In this document: positions 1 through 13,754 of the stretch, piece after piece
Layout: every line of letters starts with the position of its first letter
Numbering within the stretch: the first letter of the stretch is position 1
DNA from: Eledone cirrhosa
Lineage: Eukaryota
DNA length: 64,000 nt
Direction: 5' to 3'
NCBI GenBank assembly: GCA_964016885.1
Contig: OZ024740.1
Span: 272,366,001-272,430,000, forward strand
The notes under the pieces: model-generated
Databases searched by the model: none
Told to the model about the DNA's origin: nothing
What the model saw: the letters and a program-made list of their open reading frames with translations, nothing else
Made by a program: the position numbers and the translations under genes

Positions 1-202
1 ATGTTATTTTTTAAATTGTATTGTATATCTTGTGTCAACTATACAATCAATGGAAAACACATGCAGTAGTAACACGACTAAACCCGACTACTCCTTAGGG
101 ACTGAACGGACTGCTGTTTATTCGGTTAATTTATATCCGTTTCCGGCATGGATTTCATTCTCCTTTTATTGGCCATTTTGATCTTGACACTAGTTTTTGT
201 TT

Positions 203-837
<635 letters not shown>

Positions 838-1504
838 TATGTAAGTATGTATGTATGTATACGTACATACATATATGTATACAGACGTACAGTAGTATGT
901 ATATATATATACATACATGCACACATATATATATGCACGTATCGGTTTACCGTACATTTATTATAATGCTCGGTTTGTTTGTTAGTAAACAAACAAACAC
1001 CCCCAATTACGCCGTACAGTGTTTAGGCAACCACGTCACCTTTTTGTTCAACACTGACACAGGAACGCTGTACTAGTTTCAAGCTTATTAGCTATCGTCA
1101 GCACCGTATACCTTCCTGCCAGATGGTTGAACGTCTGAAAGTATATACTTTCCTTATGCATATTAACGGCTGAGCAGCCTAATTTGCATATCGAGTGAAT
1201 TCAGTCGGCCGGGCACACCGAAAACGATAAATGGGATAGAATGAAACGAAATTTCAATTCTCACTCTTAGTACGGCACTTACTTACATGTAAGTATGTAT
1301 GTATGTATACAAACAAACCGAGCATTATAATAAATGTTCGGTAAACCGATACGTGCATGTATATATGTGTGCATCTATGTATATATATACATACTACTGT
1401 ACGTCTGTATACATATATGTATGTACGTACACATACATACTTACTTACATTTAAGTAAGTGCCGTACTAAGAGTGAGAAATGAAATTTCGTTTCATACTA
1501 TTCC

Positions 1505-1506
<2 letters not shown>
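838..1506 (-). mobile_element. Non-coding HHR-bearing pLTR/retrozyme-like unit, family B, with inverted segments
   Basis: About 840-990 is inverted at about 1307-1445 and about 1230-1295 at about 1440-1505; (TA)n on both sides; homologous copy in opposite orientation at 39615-39940. Confidence 0.7.
1065..1107 (-). ncRNA. Type I hammerhead ribozyme (family B)
   Basis: Minus strand: acggtg CTGACGA t-agc-taataa-gct-t GAAA ctag TA cagcgt; palindromic minimal stem III (ACTAGT), GUA triplet, one stem I mismatch. Confidence 0.7.
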
Positions 1507-1568
<62 letters not shown>

Positions 1569-1640
1569 TATATATATTTATATATATGTACTTTTATATA
1601 TATATATATAGTTATGTAATAAACAACATAAGGCAATTAT

Positions 1641-1698
1641 TCCATTTACCAGTGGTTTCTTAAAAGCAAAAAATTTTGCTTTCAATCATCAGAATGAA
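1641..1698 (-). ncRNA. Type I hammerhead ribozyme (family A)
   Basis: Minus strand: ttcatt CTGATGA ttgaaagcaaaa-tt-ttttgcttttaa GAAA cc-act-gg TA aatgga; all three stems pair; GUA triplet; tail runs into (TA)n. Confidence 0.85.
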
Positions 1699-1930
1699 AA
1701 AATCCTGGTGTATTTATTGACATTGGATTCTAAAAACAAAAATGCATTCTATATGAAAGTGAGGCTGGAGAAGGAAGAAGGAAAGGAAAAATAAAATAAA
1801 AACACACATGCAAACACACACACACTCTCACACATAAATATACATATACAAATACATAAACACATACATACGCATACACAAATACATACACACACACACA
1901 CATATACATATATACACACACATATACATG

Positions 1931-2078
<148 letters not shown>

Positions 2079-2335
2079 TACATATATATATATGCACAAG
2101 TTCTATTTAAATTGTTGGGATACAACAAGTAAATATTTTTATAACTGATATAAAGCACTCGACAAGTATTTGGAGTAGATATACGATATTAACAAATGGA
2201 AACTATATTTATATATTGTATTTTATATATTGTATTTTGTCTGATGAAGGCATACCATAATTTAACTTGGTATCCTTGAAATATGTATAATGAAATAAAT
2301 ATTGTTTTATAAATATAGTTTCCATTTGTTAATAT

Positions 2336-2383
<48 letters not shown>

Positions 2384-2462
2384 CACATACATACACATAC
2401 ATACTACTAACATACACATATATACCTACACACACATACATACATACACATACGGTATATAC

Positions 2463-2506
<44 letters not shown>

Positions 2507-2739
2507 TGTATATATCTATATCCATTTATCTATCTATAGATACTATCTATCTATCTTTATGCCAATTTATATAACTATATGATGAATTCTTAATTGTAGG
2601 AAAGAGAAGCAGCCATAGATGAGACACTTGTAGCAAATTATACATATGCAAATATGTTTATAGTATATACTTAAATTAATTATCTGTAAAGGTATGTGTG
2701 GAAGATTACTCACAAACACACACACTCTCCCTCTCTGCC

Positions 2740-2939
2740 CACTCCGTCTCTCTCTCTATAGAATAATATATGAATAAATAAACAAACATATAAATAAATA
2801 AGTGAGTGAGAGAAAGAGAGATAGATAGATTGAGAGATAGAAAGAGAGAGTGAGGGATAGCGAGAGATAGATATATTGAGAGATAGAGAGAGTGAGGGAC
2901 AGCGAGACATAGAGAGAGAGAGAGGGACAGCAAAAGAGG

Positions 2940-2971
<32 letters not shown>

Positions 2972-2985
2972 GACAGCAAGAGAGG

Positions 2986-3016
<31 letters not shown>

Positions 3017-3260
3017 AGGGACAGCAAGAGAGGGATAGTGAGAGAGAGAGAGAGAGGGACAGCAAGAGAGGGATAGTGAGATAGATAGATTGAGAGATAG
3101 AGAGAGTGAGGGACAGCGAGACATAGAAAGAGAGAGAGAGAGAGTGGGGGACAGCGAGCGAGACAGAGAGAGAGAGAGAATGAGGGTCTGCGAGAGAGAG
3201 AAAGAGAGAGAGAAGACGAGGGAGAGAGAGAGAGAGCGAGAGAGAGACAGTGAGAGAGAG
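2740..3260. repeat. (GA)n-rich array with recurring gagggacagc(a/g)agag / gggatagt units
   Basis: Direct reading. Confidence 0.85.
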
Positions 3261-3580
3261 ATGCATAACCTTGGCTATGATAGCTAAGATGTACGAAAGA
3301 ACAAACATGGTCACACGAACTTACATACGTTTCTCTATCGCGCGCATAAACATAAAGCATTTAAACACATATAAAATGAATTATGAAATAGATATAAACA
3401 TTATAACTCATTTAGAAATAAAATATGTAACCACTATATGTAACATATACATAACATGTTGATATCTAACATAACTATATCTCGTACTTGTTTCTTTTAT
3501 AGCTGTTCATCTACTCTCAACATACACCCATTCATCTACCCACTCATTGATTCATTCATGTAACTCTCCCTTTCTTTTTT

Positions 3581-3632
<52 letters not shown>

Positions 3633-3787
3633 TCCTTCTTCCTTTCTTTTTCTTCTAACACTCTTCCATATCTTTAACTCTGCTGTTCATTTTTCTCTTT
3701 ATTACACAACCATCTCTCTGCACACACACACACACACTCACACACACACACACACACACACTCTCACACACACACACACACACCCAC

Positions 3788-3875
<88 letters not shown>

Positions 3876-4200
3876 ATGTGTATGTGTGTGTATGTGTATG
3901 TGTGTGTATATGTATGTGTGTGTGTGTGTATGTGTGTGTATGTGTATGTGTGTGTGTGCGTATGTGTATGTATGTGTATGTGTGTGTGTGTGTGTGCGCA
4001 TATATATATATATATGTATATGCACCCCCCCCCCCCCCCACACATACACACAGATGTATATATTTATGTTTAAAAATGTAGGTTAATTACAAAGCATTAG
4101 AAAATTTGAAATTTGAAATATAGTCATCCCAAATAGAGATAGAGATGTTTGCATTGTATCCCTTACATCATTAGAAATTTACTTTTCGATGTTTCTATAG

Positions 4201-4590
4201 ATTGCTGCAACGGAACAGAAATATTGGATTTCGTTTGGATTATAGATATTTCCTACATCAAGAAACAGAACTATAATCACTAACAGCAGTGGTTTTATGT
4301 AGTCAACAATTCTGTTAAGGCCAGTCACGGCTATACCTAAGGACATAGGGTTATTAATATCCAACTACAACGAAACATTTATAAACACCAGAAAATCTGC
4401 CCAATCCGAACGCGATTGGAGCAACATGACCAGGAATTCTTGGAATGAAAAACGCTTGCCAAAAAAAATAATATTTCGAACGGACGTAAAATCGACAGAT
4501 TATGCAGTATATAGGATTGATCGCGAACACGCTGGCTTTACGAAGCACACCCGTTCACATACGCCCAGAAACAATTGCAAAGTGACATAA
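4201..4590 (+). pseudogene. Possible decayed VWA-domain-like exon
   Basis: Polypyrimidine/AG acceptor ends at 4200; reads CCNGTEILDFVWIIDIS, then after stops and a frame change RLPKKIIFRTDVKSTD, resembling VWA DxVFxxDxS and PKxxxxxTDGxSxD motifs; similarity judged by eye only. Confidence 0.3.
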
Positions 4591-4924
4591 CTTTCGAAAT
4601 ATATTTGCTTTTGAAAGACAGGAGAAAGAAACGTCACTGTAAAATAGAATATTGTTGCAAACACAAAGGAATGTAAAGTACGTAATAGCCGCTGTTAACT
4701 ATGTGTAATGTAAAAACTCAACATCTAAACTTTACTTGACTAATCTCACGAAACAAAAGACATTTTCATCATATTATTATGCTAAGTAATTTAAACCCCA
4801 AACATTTAAGCATATCTCTATATCAACGTAATTCGAACTGAAAACAGGCTGAAGTGACAATTTGATTGAAAGGATGACATAAAATTCGACGCGTAAAATC
4901 AAATAGGATTATTATCTACTAACA

Positions 4925-5310
4925 GGGCGGTGAATTGGCAGTATCGGTAGAGGGTTGGACATGCTTTCCAGCATAGTTACGTCCCTTTACGATCTGAGTT
5001 CAAATCACGCCGAGGTTAACTTTGCCTTTCATTCTTACGGGGTCGATAAAATAAAGTACTAGTAATGTACTGGGTAATTGCTGGCCTTGTGCCAAAAGTA
5101 GAAACAATTATTATCTACTAACAGGGCGGTGAATTGGCAGTATCGGTAGAGGGTCGGACATGCTTTCCAGCATAGTTACGTCCCTTTACGATCTGAGTTC
5201 AAATCGCGCCGAGGTTAACTTTGCGTTTCATCCTTACGGGGTCGATAAAATAAAGTACTAGTAATGTACTGGGGTAATTGCTGGCCTTGTGCCTAAAGTA
5301 GAAACAATTA
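4925..5310 (+). mobile_element. Two tandem copies of tRNA-derived SINE (family S1)
   Basis: A-box-like tggcagtatcgg, B-box-like gagttcaaatc, body gcctttcatccttacggggtcgataaaataaagtac, end gtagaaacaatta; copies 4925-5110 and 5124-5310. Confidence 0.9.
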
Positions 5311-5666
5311 TTATCTACTAATATAATCACTTTCCGAAAAAAAAGAGGAAAAGAAGCCATGTTCATACATGCACAATTTAAGATAAGCGGTATCTAGGTA
5401 CTTTATTGTGAAGTCATGCAAAGGTTGAATTCCGTTATGAAGTGTAACAAAATGACCCCATCTCAAAGGAAATATTTTTCTCGGTTGAAAACTACAATCC
5501 TTTTGATTAATTCGCGTGATCTGAGGCAAAGAAATAGTGAGTTTTGGACGCCATCTTCGATAAAGGAAAGCTTCTCATTACATTACATCACGGCGTCTGA
5601 TTTATCGTGTCAACATGAAACTGAAAGTAACGGCATACGGTGGCATCCAAATAAATAAATGACTAA

Positions 5667-5753
<87 letters not shown>

Positions 5754-5792
5754 TAAATAAATATATATCTATATAAATATATATATATATAT

Positions 5793-5921
<129 letters not shown>

Positions 5922-5964
5922 AATATATATCTATATAAATATATATATATATTTATATATAAAT

Positions 5965-6141
<177 letters not shown>

Positions 6142-6234
6142 GAGAGAGAGAGAGAAATAAATAAATATATATCTATATAAATATATATATATAAATATAT
6201 ATATATAAATATATATATAAATATTTATATATAA

Positions 6235-6298
<64 letters not shown>

Positions 6299-6299
6299 T

Positions 6300-6339
<40 letters not shown>

Positions 6340-6740
6340 TACATACACATATATATATAAGACTATAATAAAACATTGCAAACATTATCAAACTTCACTA
6401 GAATAACCACCACCACCACCAGCACCACCAGCACCACCACCAGCACCACCAGTACCAACAACACCAGCAAAACCAACACCAGTAACATTATTACAATTAC
6501 AACTACCTTTACCATCAACAACTTCAACATCAACTAGAACGACAACTATAACAAACAGAAACGACAGCGCTAACAAAAACTACAACAGTAAAAACAATGT
6601 AAAATAGAACAATAAAATAAAGTAATCAGAAACAAATACATTTTAACATGTAAGTAGATATCTGATTTCCTGTTCCTTCTGTAAAGATAATAATGTAGTA
6701 CAATGGGTAAATGTACTAATAGTAAACACACACAGACACA

Positions 6741-6788
<48 letters not shown>

Positions 6789-6790
6789 CA

Positions 6791-6898
<108 letters not shown>

Positions 6899-6975
6899 CA
6901 CTTGCATACATTCATGCACACACACTGTATATATATATATAAATACATATATATATACATATATATATATGTATT

Positions 6976-7078
<103 letters not shown>

Positions 7079-7248
7079 TTACATATATTTACATATATTT
7101 ACATATAAATATATATGTATACATATAGATATATGTGTATATGTATATATGTATATATGTATATATATATATATATATATTTACATATAAATATATATGT
7201 ATATATATATACACACACAGACACTAACACACACACACACACACACAC

Positions 7249-7283
<35 letters not shown>

Positions 7284-7679
7284 TGCCTCTCTCACCCTTC
7301 CTTTCTCTTGCACAGACTCATACGCTATGCTTCTTTCTTTCATACCTACATACGCACACCGTCTCTTTCCAATTCTGTCTGCTTGCTTGTCTGTCTGCCT
7401 CTCCTCCCCTCTTTCACACACATAGATGCTATTTTACTTACATATACACCCCTTCTCACATTTTTGAGTTCTCTGCTTCTGTGTCTCTCACATATATATA
7501 TACATTCTCACCCTCTCCTAAACATTCTCTGTCCTGTCACTCTGCCTCTCACATACGACATATTCGCTACATCACTTTCGTTTTCACATTATCTGTTTGG
7601 GAGTTTAGCAGCTTTTCGTTTACGTGTTTTTTGCAGTGTAAATTGACCTATAATATTGGTTGCCAGAATAACAGAAAAA

Positions 7680-7861
7680 TAATTGTTTCTACTTTAGGCA
7701 CAAGGCCAGCAATTACTCAGTGCATTACTGGTACTTTATTTTATCGACCCCGTAAGGATGAAAGGCAAAGTCAACCTCGGCGGGATTTGAACTCAGATCG
7801 TAAAGGGACGTAACTATGCTGGAAAGCATGGTGTCTGACCCTCTACCGATACTGCCAATCC
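7680..7861 (-). mobile_element. SINE S1
   Basis: Reverse complement of S1; flanking direct repeat cagaaaaataat (TSD-like). Confidence 0.9.
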
Positions 7862-7989
7862 AGAAAAATAATGATCGATCCCCTGTCGCTACACGACGAT
7901 GAACATTCTGTTATTCGGTCAAATTGTTAAACCATTGCATGCGTAGCTGAGCACATTTGTAATCGTAAGTTAACTCTTGGACCGACTCA

Positions 7990-8142
7990 CGAGAGTCGGT
8001 TGAAAAATTCATGGGCTGGCCAAGATACCTTCATGGACTGTCTAATCCCTGGGAAGAAACGATGCCGTTATTAATAAGATATCACAACAGCATTTGTATC
8101 ACTTCTTCATAGTCAGCGTATGAACGTTTCAGCCTTCCCTCG
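7990..8142. mobile_element. Degraded Tc1/mariner-type MITE
   Basis: Imperfect TIRs cgagagtcggttgaaaaattcat / atgaacgtttcagccttccctcg followed by TA; related to 40624-40818. Confidence 0.55.
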
Positions 8143-8420
8143 TACAATGACACAATATATGAGAAGTTTGGATCTTTGAATTACAGATACACGTCTTCTA
8201 GCGAGGTTCCATACAGTTTCCAGCTATCCAATTATACTCTTAAGACTTAAGTAAATAGGATATTAAGACAAAAGATGCTTCATGAATCTATGATTTCGTG
8301 TTTGTAAAAATATTTCTGTAGTAGGAGGTCCTTTGGTGAAGATTTGGGGCACTTAACTGAATTATCATTTGATATGATACTAAACTGAATTGAAATGATA
8401 TTAAGTTGTGTTGATATAAA

Positions 8421-9277
8421 ATATTATAATTGAATATAAAAGAAAAACGAACACAGATATATACATATATGTGTTCAAATCGCAAGGGACCAGATTCGCT
8501 AAGGTGAAAAGAATACTAACTATAGACAATAGGGTTTGCCTGTCTCAATTTAAGAAAACATCAAGAAAATAAATACAAACCGGAATTGTGGTAACTACCA
8601 ATCACCCAGACAGCTCTTGGTGCTGTTTCGAAATATTAATTGTGAATAGATTGTGAATAGAAATACCAATTCTTGCTCATCAGTGGATGATGAATTAGTA
8701 TCCTAGACACTTCTAAGTATATTAAGACACTGAATAGTGTGCTATATATAATAACGCACATGGTATCTTAGCGTGTCTCACAAACTTACACCACTAAAAA
8801 TAGTAGCCAGGTTTATTCGACATTTGAAATAGCTCAACAAATTAACGGAGCCGAATATATCAAAGGTATATATTGAGTTAGGAACTCAAAATAGTCTCTT
8901 ACAACAAAATAGCTCTAGGAAAGAGATATTTCTGAGCCGTATATTATAATAGAATATAAAAGAAAAAAGAACACAGATATATAGATATATGTGTTCAAAT
9001 CGTAAGGGACCAGATTCGCTAAGGTGAAAAGAATACTAACTATAGACAATAGGGTTTGCCTGTCTCAATTTAAGAAAACAACAAGAAAATAAATACAAAC
9101 CGGAATTGTGGTAACTACCAATCACCCAGACAGCTCTTGGTGCTGTTTCGGAATATTAATTGTGAATAGAAATACCAATGCGATTTGAACACATATATGT
9201 ATATATCTGTGTTCGTTTTTCTTTTATATTCAATTATAATATACGGCTCGGAAATATCTCTTTCTTAGAGCTATTTT
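8421..9277 (-). mobile_element. Non-coding HHR unit, family C: about 520-bp monomer, partial second monomer and inverted end
   Basis: Sequence at 8421 recurs at 8941; about 9180-9277 is an inverted copy of the monomer junction; homolog at 60633-61405. Confidence 0.8.
8601..8691 (-). ncRNA. Type I hammerhead ribozyme (family C) with long stem II region
   Basis: Minus strand: atcatcca CTGATGA g...c GAAA cagc-accaaga-gctg TC tgggtgat; GUC triplet. Confidence 0.8.
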
Positions 9278-9317
9278 ATTGTTGATATGAAGTAGTAATT
9301 CTTGTTTTGTAAACTGA

Positions 9318-9470
9318 TAATTGTTTCTACTTTAGGCACAAGGCCAGCAATTACCCAGTGCATTACTGGTACTTTATTTTATCGACCCCGTAAGGATGAA
9401 AGGCAAAGTCAACCTCTGATAATGATGGCCAACGTTTTTAGACACTTGGCTGTGATTTCAGAGAGATTTG
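9318..9470 (-). mobile_element. SINE S1 3' half joined to a non-SINE head of about 55 bp
   Basis: The same chimera occurs on + at about 20150-20300. Confidence 0.75.
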
Positions 9471-9574
9471 GTTTCTATTTCTAGAAGTCCAAACGGCTGC
9501 ATAAATTGCCCCCCCCCCCCCCCCCCCACGCAAACACACATACACACACACGCACACACACACGCGCACACACA

Positions 9575-9718
<144 letters not shown>

Positions 9719-9844
9719 ACGCACTCACACATATACTCACAGCAGGATCGCCCGATGAACGTCAATCGGTTTCAACGATCAGTGTGCCAGTTGTTCGATG
9801 TAGATGAAATTAACCGGTAAGTGGCTAAGAATTCCACAGACAGG

Positions 9845-9975
9845 TGTGGTGTGGATGGATGGATAGATGGATGATCCCATAACACCCGAGGGAGTAGCAG
9901 GGGCACCGTATTGACATACGGCGTTTTTAGGGCATTTTATAACCTGTCGGTGCCTATCCTTATCCAGGTACAGAC
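9845..9975 (-). mobile_element. Short structured repeat with (CCAT)n-type tail, probable RTE-type 3' end
   Basis: Homologous to 42793-42930 and 43270-43412. Confidence 0.45.
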
Positions 9976-10435
9976 AGGTGTACCCTTAACATAATCTTCA
10001 GGGAGATTCAGGGCGACCCAGTATCTGACAGAGCTGGCCTTTTGAATTATAGGTACAGTCTATCCGACGGGTTTTCGGCGACTCAATTTCACTCTTGAGA
10101 CATGGGTCAACTCGAAGCCATAGTAACTGACACAAGCACAAGGTGCTATGCAGTCGGATCAAGCCTGGAACCTAATGAGTGCGAAACTAAATTCCTAACC
10201 ATCAATCCATCCATGGTACAATATCGCCAGAAACATCAAGATAGGCTTATCGGTATTTTCTGCCGACATTGGCTGCTTTCCAACTGCCTTTGTAAAATAT
10301 TGGACATACTCTCATGCAAATTTGCATTTAATTTCATATTAATCTCATTTAAAACATTTCATGTACATGTGCATGTATGTATGTATGTATGTATGTATGT
10401 ATGTATGTATGTATGTATGTATGTATGTATGTATG

Positions 10436-10466
<31 letters not shown>

Positions 10467-10620
10467 GTATGTATGTATGTATCTATGTATATATGTATGT
10501 ATGTACGTATGTATGAATATATGTAGGTATGTATATATGTATTTATATTTAACTGTATTTTTTATTCTTGTGTTTGTTTTGTTTCATGTATTAACTATAT
10601 ATATATATATATATATATAG

Positions 10621-10945
10621 ACCTGTGCGAAATTCCTTCCTTGCTCACATTTCAACCAGGTTTGATGGTCTTTATTCTCTCGTTCACGATTTCACCGAAT
10701 TTACATTCATAGAAATCTGGGACTTGTCTCTTTCTTCATTACTTTCTGTTGCTTAAACCATTTTGTTTGTTTACCCTCGCGTCCCCTTTATTTACGTGTC
10801 CCAACGACTTTTTTTTAGCCGTTGCTCGCACCAACCGGAGGTATATGGTCTTTAAAGCGATGAAATGCCTATGATGGTTGGAAGATCACTGATGAAGGAC
10901 AAACTTTTTCATATGTAACCCATTTGCAACGCCGCAGCTCCATTA
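10621..10945 (+). mobile_element. Diverged copy of family D pLTR-like unit
   Basis: Aligns by eye with 22320-22612; (TA)n on both sides; contains ctgatgaagg. Confidence 0.7.
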
Positions 10946-10947
10946 TT

Positions 10948-10978
<31 letters not shown>

Positions 10979-10979
<1 letters not shown>

Positions 10980-11171
10980 CGTTATTCCGGGTTGAATCGG
11001 ACGTAACCACAGTAAGTAAGGTACTCAATACATTGCAGAGTATACAAGTTTTAATATAGATGAGATTCTACAGGACTAGAACTGTTTCATTCTTTAGAAA
11101 TCATCAGGAATCTCTGAGGGATTCCTGATGATTTCTAAAGAATGAAACAGTTCTAGTCCTGTAGAATCTCA

Positions 11172-11178
<7 letters not shown>
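10979..11178. mobile_element. Family E fold-back unit in (TA)n carrying an HHR on each arm
   Basis: About 11055-11112 and 11120-11177 are inverted repeats; homolog at 58236-58564. Confidence 0.8.
11120..11168 (+). ncRNA. Type I hammerhead ribozyme (family E); mirror copy on - at 11064-11112
   Basis: gattc CTGATGA t-ttct-aa-agaa-t GAAA cag-ttctagtc-ctg TA gaatc. Confidence 0.75.
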
Positions 11179-11217
<39 letters not shown>

Positions 11218-11386
11218 TATACGTATATGTATATATATATATATGTATATACATATACATATATGTATATACGTATATGTATAAAAACGATGACGATCAG
11301 AAAACTTTTGTAACCAACTAATGTTATGATACTTTTCATTTATTTTTATTCATTTATTTTCCCAGCAACAGAGAAAGAATGAAGAA

Positions 11387-11578
11387 TATCATCATCATCA
11401 TCATCATCATTATCATCATCATCACCATCACCATCGTCATCGTCATCATCATCATGATCATCATCATCACCATCATCGATATCATCATCGTCATCGTCAT
11501 CATCGTCATCATCGTCATCATCATCATCATCACCATCATCATCATCATGATCACCATCATCACCATCATCATCATCGT

Positions 11579-11624
<46 letters not shown>

Positions 11625-11652
11625 GATATCACCATCACCATCATCATCATCA
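11387..11652. repeat. (CAT)n trinucleotide array
   Basis: Direct reading. Confidence 0.95.
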
Positions 11653-11782
11653 ACAATAACACAACAATAACATCAGCCACAATGGATGTTATGGTAATGA
11701 GAGGTAGAGGAGATTAATAGGAATAGAGCATTCGAAGTATTGATAGGTAGATAGTTAAATAGTTAAATATATATATGTATGT

Positions 11783-11883
<101 letters not shown>

Positions 11884-11944
11884 CATATGTATATATATAT
11901 ATATATACATATGTCATGTATATATATATATATATACTATGTCA

Positions 11945-13379
<1,435 letters not shown>

Positions 13380-13754
13380 GGGGTAACAAATAATAGTTAA
13401 ATGCAGTCCACTTAGGTAAAGTCCAGTTATGGTATTCCAGGTAGTGGATGATATTAACGCTTGGCTTGGTTTGACTCAACAAGGCGTTTTCATAGTGATG
13501 CTGCCGGTATGCCCTAATTCCTATGTTGTAAACACTTGGAGTAATAATAAATCAGGAAAGAAGGTTGACATGGTTTTCTATACAAAAAAGGTTTTTAATC
13601 TCATAGCTGACAATTGTTTCTCTGAACTGGTAGGTCTAGAGATCGCTATTCGCTTATTTTCGCGTTACTCGATCGCTGCATTTAACTGTTATTTGTTACC
13701 CCGTATATTTAGCTCCCACCTGGTCGAGCAACACCATTAACGCACGGCAACAAC

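Noticed and set aside
13429-13740. 103-aa ORF (also 34912-35166 and 33820-34032)
   Set aside because: Antisense reading of the PLE pLTR; no recognisable domain
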